A stretch of 64,000 nucleotides of DNA, from assembly GCA_038523235.1 (NCBI GenBank), contig JBCBJQ010000004.1, positions 85,249 through 149,248 on the forward strand, in the 5' to 3' direction. This document shows, one piece after another, positions 18,563-29,650 of this stretch. The number at the start of each line of letters is the position of its first letter. Within the stretch, counting starts at the first letter, position 1. The DNA is from Cyanobacteria bacterium J06626_4. Its GTDB lineage: Bacteria > Cyanobacteriota > Cyanobacteriia > Phormidesmidales > Phormidesmidaceae. The translations under genes were made by a program, and so were the position numbers. Under the pieces are notes generated by a model, which was given only the letters and a program-made list of their open reading frames with translations, ran no database searches and had not been told where the DNA came from.

Positions 18563-21500
18563 TTAGCCCGTGTTCCTCATGCCAGCGGCGATTCCGTTGA
18601 TGGTGAGCAAGGCACCGCGCAGTAATTCTTCCCGGCTGTATCGAGATTTGATGACACCCGAGACGGCGCTGCGATAATGGCGCAGTCGCTTCAACAAAGC
18701 CACCTGAATGAAGCCTAGGGGCACGATGGTGCCGTTGCGTAGATGGACTGAGCGCTGTAGATCGGGATCGCCATCGAGCAGGCGACGATGGCCGGTAATC
18801 GTCAAGATGATCTCTGACGTGGTGAAAAACTCTTCAGAAATTTGCTCGAAGAGAACGTGGAACCGTTCTTGATCTGACGTCTGCGTCAGCTCGTGAACAT
18901 AGTGCTCCGCAATTTGTAGATCCACTTTAGCCAAGGTCATCTCAACTTTAGAGATGACCATCTTGAAGAACGGCCATTTTTGATAAAAATAGCGCAGCAG
19001 CTTCAGACGCTCTTCGGGGTCTTCGGCCAGAAACTCTTGTAGAGCCGTGCCAACGCCATACCAGGCGGGTAGCAAAAATCGGGCCTGCGTCCAGCTAAAG
19101 ACCCAGGGGATGGCCCGGAGGCTGTCTAGGGTTTTCTTGCCCTTACGACGAGCGGGGCGCGAACTGATCTGCAGCTGACTAATCTCTTCGATCGGGGTGA
19201 CCTGGTGAAAGAAATCAACAAAGTCGGCCTGTTCGTAGATCAGCGCCCGATAATGTCGTCGTGAGCTGGCTGCCAACTCTTCCATGATTTCGTTCCAGGG
19301 CTCGATCTCATCGACGCTGCTGTGCAGCAGGCTGCCCTGAATGACGGCGGTGGCGACGGTTTCTAGGTTGTACAGAGCGAGGTCGGGTAGATTATATTTT
19401 GAGGCCAACACCTCTCCCTGCTCGGTGATTTTGATGCGTCCATTCAAGCTGGCTCCAGGTTGAGCCAAAATGGCTTCGTAGGCAGGGCCCCCGCCCCGGC
19501 CTACCGAACCGCCGCGACCGTGAAAGATGCGCAGCGCGATGCCAAAGTCATCGGCAGTGGCCTGCAGGGCCTGCTGAGCTTTGTGGATTTCCCAGTTGCT
19601 GCTGAGAAAGCCGGAGTCTTTGTTGCTGTCGGAGTAGCCCAGCATCACTTCCTGAATCGGTTTGGGCACCGGCTCAGAATTCGTGATTGCTTCCGATCTC
19701 CCGCCCTGGGTCACCGCGCGATAGAGCGGTAGATCAAACAGCGATCGCATCACTGAGGGCGCCCGCTTCAGGTCTTCCACTGTTTCAAACAGCGGCACTG
19801 GTTGAATGCTGGCTTCCCACGTCGCGGGATCAAAGAGTCCGGCTTCTTTAGCGAGCAGCAGCACCTCTAGCAGGTCGCTGACCGTGTGGCTCATGCTGAT
19901 GACGTAGCTATGGCAGATTTTCGGGCCAAACTCTCGCTGCAGACGCCTGACCATCCGAAACGTTTCGACCGTTTCACAAGTTGTGGTCGAGAAGGGCAAC
20001 TCAGCGGGCACCAGGGGACGCCGAGTTTGCAGTTCCTTAATCAGCCAGGCCGTTTTCTCCGCTTCGGATAAATCGTTGTAGGGCTTGGGCAGCACCTGCA
20101 GGTAGGCCGTGACTTCGTCGATCGCATCCGAATGGCGGGAGCTTTCCTGCCGGAGATCCAGCTCGGCTAAGACAAAGCCGTACAGCTCAACCTGGCAAAT
20201 AATTTGCTCTAGCTCACCACAGACCATGCCGGTGGCGTTGAGATCGCGCTGCATGAGTCGCAAATCTTCGAGGAAATCATTGCCTGCTAGATAAAGCGAC
20301 AGATCGACACCATCGCCCTGATCTTCTTGCAGCAGGTCACCTTGATACAATCGCTGACTGCGCTGCAGGGTGTTTTCTAGCCGCTGCTGCATGTAAGCAA
20401 GCTTGAGCCGGTAAGGTTCTTGGCGATAGCGAATCGCCCAGCGCTCGTAAACCTCAGGCATCACTTGCTGGTCTTGGTCCAAAGAATCTAATAACTCAGG
20501 CTGTACTTCGCTCCAGTGCAGTGACAGGCTCAGAAGCTTGGTCAGGTGATCAAGGGCATCAATATACTTTTCTAGTACCAGGTTGCGCTGGTAGCAGGCG
20601 GTTTTCCAGGTAACTTCGGGGGTGACAGAGGGGTTGCCGTCGCGATCAGAGCCGACCCAAGAGCCAAACCGACAAAACTGCGGCAAGGGTGGGCGGAGCG
20701 TGGGAAAGGTATTGTTGAGCGATCGCTTGATGCGCTGATACAGCTGCGGCAAGGCATCGAACAGCACTACATCAAAATAGTGCAGCGTGTAGTCCACCTC
20801 ATCCAGCACTGACGGCTTGAACTGGTGTAGCTCGTCAGTGCGCCACCACAGCCGAATTTCTTCAGTCAGCTGTTCTTTAAGGCTGTCAATTTCCCAGCTC
20901 GACGCCACGCCCATGGTCTGCACCGAATCTTCGGCCTGATCGAGTCGTCGAAAAATCGAGGCAATGCGGCGCTGCTTGTCGCGAATTGTGTGGCGCACAA
21001 TCTCGGTGGGGTGGGCCGTAAAGACCAACCGAATATCGAGATTATCCATTAGCCGCTGAATCAACTGCGGCGGTACATTTAGCTGCTTGAGGGTCGGAAA
21101 AAGCCAGTGAAAGGTACCGGCATCGCGATAGCTGGTTGGCAGTAGCTGATAGTCCAGGGTCGATTGGCGTTGGGGCAGCGGTTTTTGATGCGGTTCGGGC
21201 TTACCTTCGGCGTTCGTTTGCTGGGGGCGAATGGTGGCTAAGCCCGCGATCGCCGAGGAGATATCCACATCGCCGTAGGCGGCCCGATACTGTTGCTGCT
21301 GCCCCTGCTGTTCGTAATGTTGCTCAACGCTGTTGATCAGCTGAAAATACAGCGCAAACGCCCGCGCTACCCGAATGGCATCTTGCAGTTCGAGGTCTTC
21401 GACCACCTGCACCACGGTTTGCACGCTGACGGCCCGAGCGGCTGGGGCCTGGCCCTCTTCAGAGCAGAGACGACGCAGCTGATGCAGCAGCGTCAGGAGC

Positions 21501-21709
21501 TCTTGACCACACTCGTTGCGCAGCACCGACTCCCAAATATCCTCCACCATCTTGATGCGTCGCTGCACGCGCAAACTATAGGCTGAGCCTGGGGGCGTAA
21601 TCGACACACTGGCAGCAGACTCAAGAATGGCTTCGCTGGTAGTTGGCATGTTCTCAGATGAAGTTGGCAGAGTGGATGTCATAAAGTTAAAGCATCGTCG
21701 CAGGAACAC
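18563..21709 (-). CDS. ppc: Phosphoenolpyruvate carboxylase
   Basis: [43 protein letters not shown] and MRNTG motifs; start may be the ATG at 21682. Confidence 0.97.
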   Translation of the reverse strand: MFLRRCFNFMTSTLPTSSENMPTTSEAILESAASVSITPPGSAYSLRVQRRIKMVEDIWESVLRNECGQELLTLLHQLRRLCSEEGQAPAARAVSVQTVVQVVEDLELQDAIRVARAFALYFQLINSVEQHYEQQGQQQQYRAAYGDVDISSAIAGLATIRPQQTNAEGKPEPHQKPLPQRQSTLDYQLLPTSYRDAGTFHWLFPTLKQLNVPPQLIQRLMDNLDIRLVFTAHPTEIVRHTIRDKQRRIASIFRRLDQAEDSVQTMGVASSWEIDSLKEQLTEEIRLWWRTDELHQFKPSVLDEVDYTLHYFDVVLFDALPQLYQRIKRSLNNTFPTLRPPLPQFCRFGSWVGSDRDGNPSVTPEVTWKTACYQRNLVLEKYIDALDHLTKLLSLSLHWSEVQPELLDSLDQDQQVMPEVYERWAIRYRQEPYRLKLAYMQQRLENTLQRSQRLYQGDLLQEDQGDGVDLSLYLAGNDFLEDLRLMQRDLNATGMVCGELEQIICQVELYGFVLAELDLRQESSRHSDAIDEVTAYLQVLPKPYNDLSEAEKTAWLIKELQTRRPLVPAELPFSTTTCETVETFRMVRRLQREFGPKICHSYVISMSHTVSDLLEVLLLAKEAGLFDPATWEASIQPVPLFETVEDLKRAPSVMRSLFDLPLYRAVTQGGRSEAITNSEPVPKPIQEVMLGYSDSNKDSGFLSSNWEIHKAQQALQATADDFGIALRIFHGRGGSVGRGGGPAYEAILAQPGASLNGRIKITEQGEVLASKYNLPDLALYNLETVATAVIQGSLLHSSVDEIEPWNEIMEELAASSRRHYRALIYEQADFVDFFHQVTPIEEISQLQISSRPARRKGKKTLDSLRAIPWVFSWTQARFLLPAWYGVGTALQEFLAEDPEERLKLLRYFYQKWPFFKMVISKVEMTLAKVDLQIAEHYVHELTQTSDQERFHVLFEQISEEFFTTSEIILTITGHRRLLDGDPDLQRSVHLRNGTIVPLGFIQVALLKRLRHYRSAVSGVIKSRYSREELLRGALLTINGIAAGMRNTG

Positions 21710-21766
21710 GAAGTCGAGTGTGGCCAGGCTCCATGAGGAACGGTCATGGCGGTGCCATGGCTACGG

Positions 21767-22021
21767 CTATTCGATGTCGGTTTCATCGATGTGATCAGAC
21801 CGCCCAGAGACATTTTGTAAATTCGGTAAGCGTTCACCGCGAAACACTTCTTCACTGGCGAGGCCGACCTGAGTCAAGGCATCCGCACATGCTCGAATGC
21901 CGACAAGCGCGACCAATAATGGCCCCGTCATGAGGCTTATTACCATATTGGACGCGCCCGGAATGTTCACGCGTTCAGAAATTGCGGGGAATTGTTGAGA
22001 ATCTTTAGACGGAGTCGTCAT
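21767..22021 (-). CDS. Small conserved hypothetical protein (84 aa)
   Basis: Hydrophobic segment followed by G.ASEEVFRGERLP.L; co-oriented and immediately upstream of ppc. Confidence 0.65.
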   Translation of the reverse strand: MTTPSKDSQQFPAISERVNIPGASNMVISLMTGPLLVALVGIRACADALTQVGLASEEVFRGERLPNLQNVSGRSDHIDETDIE

Positions 22022-22714
22022 GGCTGAAGAAGAGACCGTGGAATGGCAACGATATCGTCATTCAATTTTAAGCGGCTCGATGGCGAAAGATGGGCCCCGC
22101 GAGGCGGTTGGTGAGGCTCTAAAACCGATACTACGGCCCATCTAACAAAAATAAAGCGCTGGCTAACAGCAGCGATCGCGAATTTTTACCCCGTATCAAC
22201 ACCATTGAATCAACCCTAGCCCCTCTGTCCCTGTTGTTTCAGGGGGTTAGGCCTGCTGTAGCAAAAGGATGAAGGCAGAATTGAAAACTCCACTGTTCAA
22301 GGCTTGTCGCAACTGGAGACGTTCTGACCCAATTGCAGCTTGCTGTAGCTAGTCAGCAATGCCAGCTGCTTCAACCATAGCGCTGATAGGGCCACTCCCT
22401 GAGCAACTGCAACATTCCCTGACACCCCATGGGCGAATGCCGCCGGCCTGACCGCTCTACGCTAGCGGTTATGATCCGGCTGTTAGAGGCAACGCGGCGG
22501 CAATTCGCCGGAGCCGGGACTTCTTGAAGGGGGCGTATCGCTTTTCTGACAGGAGAGAAGAGCCACTACAGTCTATGCTCTGCCGATAATTGAGAGCTTG
22601 ATGCAGCTTTGCACAGTGAGGTTTGCCGAAAAGTGCAAAGTCCCTGTCTGAAACCTGAGTGCCTGGGCCTAGGGGCATCTCTCATACTGCTACTAACGAA
22701 ACAGGAGATCCCCC

Positions 22715-23794
22715 ATGCGACGCCCCACCGCCTCCGTTAGTTTAATTCCCGGCCCCATCACTGATACGCCGTCTGAGCCCCCGAGCAACGAGCCCACCTC
22801 ACCCACGACTGCAGCCCTGCACTCATCAGAATTTGACCTCGCTCGCTGTCGGGCGCTCTATCTCGAAGGCTGGCAGCAGGTTGACCGAGGTCAGCTTGAT
22901 CGAGCCCAGCGGGCCTTTCAAGAACTCTTGATTTGGAGCCGGCACTGTGGTCATACGGGCTGGATCAACGCAGCTGAAAAAGCCACGGCTGCCCTGGTTG
23001 CCCAAACGGCTCTGGCCACTGCGACTCAAGCGATTAATACCGCGGCCTCAGCCACTACGCTACCCTCAGCACAGCGGTGTGAAGAGGCCGCCACCCTCTA
23101 TGCTCAAGGCCATATCACCCTCGCTAAGAGTACTTATCAGCAAGCCTTAGAAGCGGCAGTGCAAGAAAAATGCCTCTTAAATGTTGGCCGCTCTCTCAAT
23201 GGCCTGGGCTTGCTTGATCTCGATCGTCGGCGCTACCGTCAGGCCGAAACTGAGTTGCGGGCTGCCATTGAGGTGTTGGCCGATGTCGAGGCCCCTCGAC
23301 AAACCGCGATCGCGTTTCACAATTTGGCCCTCGTGCACTATCAACAAGGGGATCACGCCGCTGCCAAAGACGAGTTTCAGCAGGCCTTAAGTTGTTGGCA
23401 GACTGGCGAAGACAGTTTAGAACTCGCTCTGACCCTCGACTATCTCGGTCGCATTTATGCGGATGAACAAGCCTATTGGCTGGCCCTCGGCAGCTTTGAA
23501 GCCGCTGTCGATATTCTCGTTGAGCTAACGCCCTACCAAGACGTGCGGGTGGAAGCCGCTGCGTTGATGGTGCAAATGGCTCAGCTCTGCGAACATACGT
23601 GCCATCTGGATCTCGCGATCGCCTATCTCACTGCTGCGCTCGAAACCTATCAAACGCTGCCGCAGTCTCAACCCTTAATGATCGTGCTCAATCGCTTAGG
23701 CCGTCTGCACCAGCAGGCGCAGCGTCCGGCGATCGCTCGCCACTACTATCATCGGGCGCACCGAGTCGCTCAATGTGAGAGAGGTGAGGACTGA
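22715..23794 (+). CDS. Tetratricopeptide repeat protein
   Basis: Repeated TPR helices (LNGLGLL, HNLALVH, LDYLGRIY, LNRLGRLH); AGGAG SD upstream. Confidence 0.85.
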   Translation: MRRPTASVSLIPGPITDTPSEPPSNEPTSPTTAALHSSEFDLARCRALYLEGWQQVDRGQLDRAQRAFQELLIWSRHCGHTGWINAAEKATAALVAQTALATATQAINTAASATTLPSAQRCEEAATLYAQGHITLAKSTYQQALEAAVQEKCLLNVGRSLNGLGLLDLDRRRYRQAETELRAAIEVLADVEAPRQTAIAFHNLALVHYQQGDHAAAKDEFQQALSCWQTGEDSLELALTLDYLGRIYADEQAYWLALGSFEAAVDILVELTPYQDVRVEAAALMVQMAQLCEHTCHLDLAIAYLTAALETYQTLPQSQPLMIVLNRLGRLHQQAQRPAIARHYYHRAHRVAQCERGED

Positions 23795-24764
23795 GCTCCC
23801 GGCTGATTGCCTATCGGTGAGGTGTCAGCTGCGACTCAGTAGCACCAAGGCTTTGCCCCACTGGCCTGAAAGGCTCAAAGCACCACACTGGCTAATTCTG
23901 CCTGTGGGTTAATTGCCAATCACTCAAGAGCCCAAGCCTGAGGGCGTAAGCGCTGTTTCGGCGAGAGAGAGTCGGCCTGAAGGTTTACTGCGAGCCAATC
24001 CATCCACGATGAGCAGAGTGCTCAATACGTTAGTGAATAGGGGGAATGCTCTTCGTTGCAACGGCGATAGACCGGTAATGCCAACGGTGAATGATGGAAT
24101 CGCTCGATGCCATTTTTGCCACGCCGGGGAACGAAGGGACGCAGGCTAGAGTTGTTGTCTGGTTTCAGAAAATCGGCAGAAGCTTTCAAGATCAAGCCGG
24201 ATTTTTACCCATAGGGACGAATAGGTAATGAACTGACCCCAGACTTAGCAAATCTATTGAGTCCGCCTCGACAATTGTAAATCAAGACGACCCTTGGCAG
24301 TCTTTAGCAACGACTAGAGATCTTTTGGGGCAACCGCAGGTGATGATCACCTGGGCTAGAAATGTGCCTGTTGATCGCCTGAACCGTCGTTCTTGCCAAC
24401 CCATTAATCCAGTTTTTAGGCGTTGCGATCGCCTGATCTCCTGCAGTTTCTCAAGGATTGGTATTGAGCATTGATGGGGATCGGTAGGGAGATCGTCAGT
24501 CGAATGGCAATGTGAAACGCTAACTTGTACAAAACGCCGAAATATTTATGAGCGTTCTCGCCTCGGCAGCTAGTATTGACAGTTGTATGACTGCACCTTT
24601 AGCCAGACAGCTCAATTCTGCCCAGGGTTTGCGGTAAATTCTGCAAAGATCTAACCGATTTAAGGCGATTTACTGGTGAGAACTGGCAGACTGCGATATG
24701 CTTCACAGCTATATTTAGGGTCGCTGACCGGCGCTGCCGCTAGACCTAGCCATAGTTAACGTCT

Positions 24765-27700
24765 ATGACTGCTAAGCCGTCTCCATTACCAACCCAACCT
24801 GCTTCTGCGGCTCAGCCACTCGATGACTGGATCGCTCAGCATCTGGCACCCAATGCGCGAGTGCAGATGCGGCTGCGAGGCAATATTTTGCATGTGTTGA
24901 CCGAGACGCCTCACGCTTTACACCAAGCGGGGGCGATTTCGCGATTAGTGGATGCTCTGATTGAGGACGCTACCAGCGACCACCTCGTCACCACGACCTA
25001 TCCCCAGGTCTATCAGCTCTACATCTATAGTCGCCAAAGCGGCGAGGCAAAGCCTGACTGGACGGCACCGATCTACCTCAACCGACTGGAGCGTCATCAG
25101 TCACAGTTGCAGGCCCAAGCTGGAGCCGCGCTGAAGCTAGCCGATACCCATCCCTCTTCTGATCAGGCTGGAGAGGCCGACGATGCGGGGCAATGGCCAC
25201 AGGATGAAAGCACCACGGCTATTGTATTGTCGCATCTCAGTTTGGCTCGTCAGGGTGATCCTGACGCGATCGCGTGGTACCTCAGCGAAGTTTTAAGCAC
25301 GCTAGATGTGGGCGTTTGGGTGAGTGTGCGAGCGGCTTCGGGTCGGGTCTCACTGCATCGTGAAGCCGTGTCTGCCGACGAAGGGCACGCGGCGGAGCCC
25401 GACATTGAGTCTGATGATGACGTGAATCGCCTGTGGGTTTGGTGCGAGGCGACTTACAGCCCTGATCCGCTCTTGATTGCTGAGCCGGTGACTGAGCGTC
25501 TGCGGCAGCTCTCGTTGACGCAGTTTAAAGATGCGGTGATCGTCATTCAGGTGCATGGCGAAGACACTCCGGATTGGAGCCTGCGCATTGACCTCACCCC
25601 CGCCGAAGAGATGCTGCGAGAGTGGGGGCGTTGGGGTGATGAAGCCGCGATCGCTCGCCTGGTGAATGACGCCCTAGCGGCGCATCACGCTGAGATGAGC
25701 GTTGAACGCAAAGAAGAGAGTCTGCACGGCATTGTGCGATCGTTGGATGACGAAGTCGCCGCACCGGGGTTGTCTGAACCCGTTCCTGTGCCGCCAGAAG
25801 AGGCTGTCGTGGGGCTGATCACCCCCCTCATGACCAGTTTGGCCCCGCAAGGTCTGCATCGGCTCGTGCTTTACGGTCAGACCGCGCAGACTGAGACTCC
25901 CGATTGGGTGCGCTGTCTTAACCTCCCAGCCCTAGAGCATCCCGCCCTGCTGGATGAACCGACGGTGCTGGCCAAGCAGGGCGATTTGCCGGCTCTGGCC
26001 TATCTGCTAACCCGGCTCCTCAACCCCGATCTGGAAGCGCAGCTCGCTACAGGTGGCATTCGCATTCAGGTACTGCAGCGCGATCAGCTTTTGCACATTA
26101 TGGCCGATGCCTCGGTCTGTCCGACCCGACGCCAGGTGGTGCCCCAAGTTTTAGATTTCCTCGATGCGCTTGAACTGACCAGCATCAAGGGCATTCGCCT
26201 GTATGGTCGGCGGGCGGGCCAGCAGCGGCCGGCTTGGAGCTATGGCAAGGATTTTCAAGCGCGTCCGGAGATCGTCCCGAAGGCAGAGCCCATTTTCGCG
26301 GTTTCCGATAGTTATGTCGGCGATCTGCTATCGCACCCCGACTCTGAGGCGCTAGAGGCTGACGAAGCCACCGTCACTGGCGTGATGCATCAGACGTGGC
26401 AACGCAGTTTAGACGCCGTGCGGCGATTCCTCATCGGCACCCAACTAGTGGTGCCACAACGTGATCTCTCACGAACGCCGCCGGTGTTGCTGTCAGACGA
26501 CACCCAAGATGCGCTCAAAATTGGTTTGGTATGGGGGGCTGTGGGCGTGTTGTTAGCCCTGCAGGCCGACTGGATTTTGGGACAGGTTCTCAATCCGGGA
26601 GCCCAAACCAGTGCTTTGGAAGCCGCAACCGCTGCTGAATCCGGCGAGATACAGCCAGAATCACGCCCTGAGGATGAGGCGACACTAGCACCGACGGATG
26701 ATTCCGCGGCGATTGCCAACTGGCAGCGCAGTGAATGGGAGACCGATGACGACGCGTTTAATGACGATCTCATTGCCAGCCCCGAGCGGTCTTTAGCGCC
26801 CACGCCTGATCTGTTGTCTTATTCGCCGTATCCCTCTTTTCGCAGCCAGCAGATGGATGAAAAGCTGGCGCTTTATCATCAGCGCTTGGCCGAGTCAGGC
26901 CCGCCCGATGTGCTGATTATCGGCAGCTCACGCGCTCTGCGAGGGGTCGACCCGGCTGCCCTCCAGCGGGAACTAGCGGCCCTGGGTCACGGCAATTTAA
27001 GCATCTTCAACTTTGGCGTCAATGGGGCGACTGCTCAGGTGGTGGATCTGACCATTCGTCGCGTCTTAGAACCGCATCAGCTGCCGCGGTTGATCATCTG
27101 GGCCGATGGGGCGCGGGCCTTTAACAGTGGTCGGACCGACGTTACCTTTAATGCCATTGCCGCCTCTGATGGCTACAGTGAGCTGGGGCGGCGTAACCCT
27201 GACGCGGTCGAGTCGACCGCCGCTGACACCCCCGATGCTGAGGCGAGCGCGGCGGAATCAGTGCCGGTGGGTGAAGCTCTGCGCGCCAGCTATCAAGCCC
27301 TTGATCAGAATTTGAGTGATAGTTTGGGGCGGCGATCGGCGCTGTATGCCGATCGCGATCAGCTTAAAGCGGTCGTGCGCGATCGCCTGCTGACGCCCTT
27401 GATGGCACCGATTGCGACACTGTCTTTAGACGCGGGTGAGACGGCACAAAATACCTCTGATATGCCTATTCCTGAGGGGAGTCGTATCGACTTTGACGGC
27501 TTCCTCGCTTTAGACGTGCGCTTTAACCCGGCCACCTATTATCAGCTCTACGCGCGGGTCCCCGGCGCTTACGACAGTGATTATGAAGACTTTGAATTGG
27601 CGGGTCAACAGACTGACGCCCTGGAACAGCTCTTGCGCTACACCCAACAGCAGGACGTGCCAGTGGTGTTTATCAACACGCCGCTCACCGACGAATATTT

Positions 27701-27947
27701 AGACGGCTATCGCACCGATGCGGAAGCTGACTTCCAACAAATGATGCTGGAGTATTCCGCGACCTCACCAGACTTTATCTTTCGCGATTTAGGCAATCTG
27801 TGGACCAGTCGCTATGACTATTTCTCTGACCCCAGCCACTTAAACCGCTATGGCGCTTATCAGGTGTCTTTGCGGATTGCTCAAGATCCGATGATTGCTT
27901 GGCCGCGTGCCCTCGATTTATCCGCTGCTGAAGAGTCCCAGCCATGA
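24765..27947 (+). CDS. DUF1574-like membrane protein: N-terminal repeats, TM helix and SGNH-like domain
   Basis: VLIIGSSRA, NFGVNG and FSDPSHLN motifs in the C-terminal part; TM segment IGLVWGAVGVLLAL. Confidence 0.75.
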   Translation: MTAKPSPLPTQPASAAQPLDDWIAQHLAPNARVQMRLRGNILHVLTETPHALHQAGAISRLVDALIEDATSDHLVTTTYPQVYQLYIYSRQSGEAKPDWTAPIYLNRLERHQSQLQAQAGAALKLADTHPSSDQAGEADDAGQWPQDESTTAIVLSHLSLARQGDPDAIAWYLSEVLSTLDVGVWVSVRAASGRVSLHREAVSADEGHAAEPDIESDDDVNRLWVWCEATYSPDPLLIAEPVTERLRQLSLTQFKDAVIVIQVHGEDTPDWSLRIDLTPAEEMLREWGRWGDEAAIARLVNDALAAHHAEMSVERKEESLHGIVRSLDDEVAAPGLSEPVPVPPEEAVVGLITPLMTSLAPQGLHRLVLYGQTAQTETPDWVRCLNLPALEHPALLDEPTVLAKQGDLPALAYLLTRLLNPDLEAQLATGGIRIQVLQRDQLLHIMADASVCPTRRQVVPQVLDFLDALELTSIKGIRLYGRRAGQQRPAWSYGKDFQARPEIVPKAEPIFAVSDSYVGDLLSHPDSEALEADEATVTGVMHQTWQRSLDAVRRFLIGTQLVVPQRDLSRTPPVLLSDDTQDALKIGLVWGAVGVLLALQADWILGQVLNPGAQTSALEAATAAESGEIQPESRPEDEATLAPTDDSAAIANWQRSEWETDDDAFNDDLIASPERSLAPTPDLLSYSPYPSFRSQQMDEKLALYHQRLAESGPPDVLIIGSSRALRGVDPAALQRELAALGHGNLSIFNFGVNGATAQVVDLTIRRVLEPHQLPRLIIWADGARAFNSGRTDVTFNAIAASDGYSELGRRNPDAVESTAADTPDAEASAAESVPVGEALRASYQALDQNLSDSLGRRSALYADRDQLKAVVRDRLLTPLMAPIATLSLDAGETAQNTSDMPIPEGSRIDFDGFLALDVRFNPATYYQLYARVPGAYDSDYEDFELAGQQTDALEQLLRYTQQQDVPVVFINTPLTDEYLDGYRTDAEADFQQMMLEYSATSPDFIFRDLGNLWTSRYDYFSDPSHLNRYGAYQVSLRIAQDPMIAWPRALDLSAAEESQP

Positions 27948-29431
27948 CCCTACCCTCAATTCTCTACGGCTTATTTTTATTGAGTGTGGTAGGGCTCTAT
28001 TGGGCCATCGAGCGGCGATCGCTGCGCATCTGGTTGGTGATTGTCGCCAGCATTGTGTTCTACACATCGCTGCAAGTGCATTATGTGCCGCTGATGCTGG
28101 TGCTGGTGGGTTTAAACTTTTGGCTGGGTCGCGTGCTCACCATGCCCGCCGACTGGCGGGTGCCCAACGAGCAGTGGCAAATGGCTGAGCAGGCCTCCTA
28201 CCGCCGCCGCCGCTACTGGTTGGCCTTAGGCATCGTGCTGAATGTGTTACTGCTGCTGGGGTTTAAGTACATCGAAACCTGGCTGCGGTTGTTAGTCCCC
28301 AGTGGGCTAAATCCAGAAATCGCCGATGGCAGCTGGTTGGCGATCGCCTTTCCGTTGGGACTGAGCTTCTTTACGTTTGAGTGCATTGCCTATCTGGTTG
28401 ACGTGTATCGTGGTGCTCCCGCGACGCGCAACTTACCAGAATTTGCGGCCTACAAGCTCTATTTTCCCAAGCTGATTTCCGGGCCGATTACGCGCTTTCA
28501 TGCGTTTAATAGTCAGCTCACAACTGAGGCCAGCCTGAACTTTAACTGGGCAGTTGAGGGCCTCTGGCTGATTGGCATTGGGGCGATCAAAAAAATCCTC
28601 ATCGCGGATCACATTGGCACGTTGGTGAATCTCAGTTTTGACAACCTGCCGCGAGCCGGTAGTTGGGATGTCTGGCTGGCGATCTTTGCTTACGGGCTGC
28701 AGCTCTATCTCGACTTCAGCGGCTATGTGGACGTGGCTCGCGGCAGTGCCCTGCTGATGGGTATTAACCTGCCGCAAAATTTCAACTTCCCCTATCTCAC
28801 GACCAGCATTGCCGACTTTTGGCGGCGTTGGCACATTACCCTCGGCGACTGGTTACGCAATTACCTCTATTTTCCCCTCGGGGGCTCGCGTCAGGGCTTA
28901 GTCAGGACGGCTTTGAACCTGATGATTGTCATGCTGATTGCTGGAGTTTGGCATGGCAATACTTGGGGTTTCGTGATTTGGGGCGGCATTCACGGGCTGG
29001 CTTTAGTGGTGCATCGGGTCAATCATCAGCTGTCGGAAAGCTGGCCGCCGCTGCAAAAGTTTTGGACTCAGCCGTGGGGCTGGCTGGCCGCTTGGGGGGT
29101 GACTCAGTTTTTTGTATTCTTTAGCTGGCTGTTTTTTCGCCTGCCCGAGCCCCAGCAGTTTTCCCTGGCGGTACAAAAGCTCTGGGGCGTGAGCAGTGAC
29201 GTACAGTTTGCTCAAAAGGTGTATGTCGAGTCTTTGGGGCTAACGGCTACTCAACTGTGGATATTGCTGTGGGCCCTGATGGGGATCATGGCCGTGACAG
29301 GCTTTGCCCAACACCAACTCAAGCTGCAGCTCAATTGGCCGGTCAAACTGCTGCTGGTGCCGCTGCTGCTGTTCACGGCCTGGCAGCTCGCTCCCAGTGA
29401 AACGCTATCGTTCATTTATTTCGACTTCTAA
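27944..29431 (+). CDS. MBOAT O-acyltransferase (AlgI/DltB-like)
   Basis: PLGLSFFTF, LYLDFSGY, FWRRWHITL and GVWHG motifs; ATGA overlap with the upstream gene. Confidence 0.92.
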   Translation: MTLPSILYGLFLLSVVGLYWAIERRSLRIWLVIVASIVFYTSLQVHYVPLMLVLVGLNFWLGRVLTMPADWRVPNEQWQMAEQASYRRRRYWLALGIVLNVLLLLGFKYIETWLRLLVPSGLNPEIADGSWLAIAFPLGLSFFTFECIAYLVDVYRGAPATRNLPEFAAYKLYFPKLISGPITRFHAFNSQLTTEASLNFNWAVEGLWLIGIGAIKKILIADHIGTLVNLSFDNLPRAGSWDVWLAIFAYGLQLYLDFSGYVDVARGSALLMGINLPQNFNFPYLTTSIADFWRRWHITLGDWLRNYLYFPLGGSRQGLVRTALNLMIVMLIAGVWHGNTWGFVIWGGIHGLALVVHRVNHQLSESWPPLQKFWTQPWGWLAAWGVTQFFVFFSWLFFRLPEPQQFSLAVQKLWGVSSDVQFAQKVYVESLGLTATQLWILLWALMGIMAVTGFAQHQLKLQLNWPVKLLLVPLLLFTAWQLAPSETLSFIYFDF

Positions 29432-29650
29432 ACCTTTCGTAGTAAGGCTTTAGGGTACTGTGGGACACTAAAGCACAGGTGGGGGCAGCGATTCACTCGT
29501 CAGGTGATGCGTCGGACTGGTTGCGGTTAGCGCCGTGGTTGCCAGTCTCTGCAGTTTCGCAGCCTGCTGCCGGGCGATCGCGCCTGCGCCTGGCGGGCGA
29601 GGCAACCGTGCTGCCCCGCCGACTCGTCCCTTCTGCTGTGTTCTGTTGTC

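Noticed and set aside
22600..22690. Possible c-di-GMP-I or other riboswitch upstream of the TPR gene (GCAAAG..CC, GAAA)
   Set aside because: It lacks the GGCAAA-P2-GAAA architecture and a P1 pairing; only a simple inverted repeat is supportable
23913..24149. 78-aa ORF in the long intergenic region
   Set aside because: TTG start, no SD and no recognisable motif
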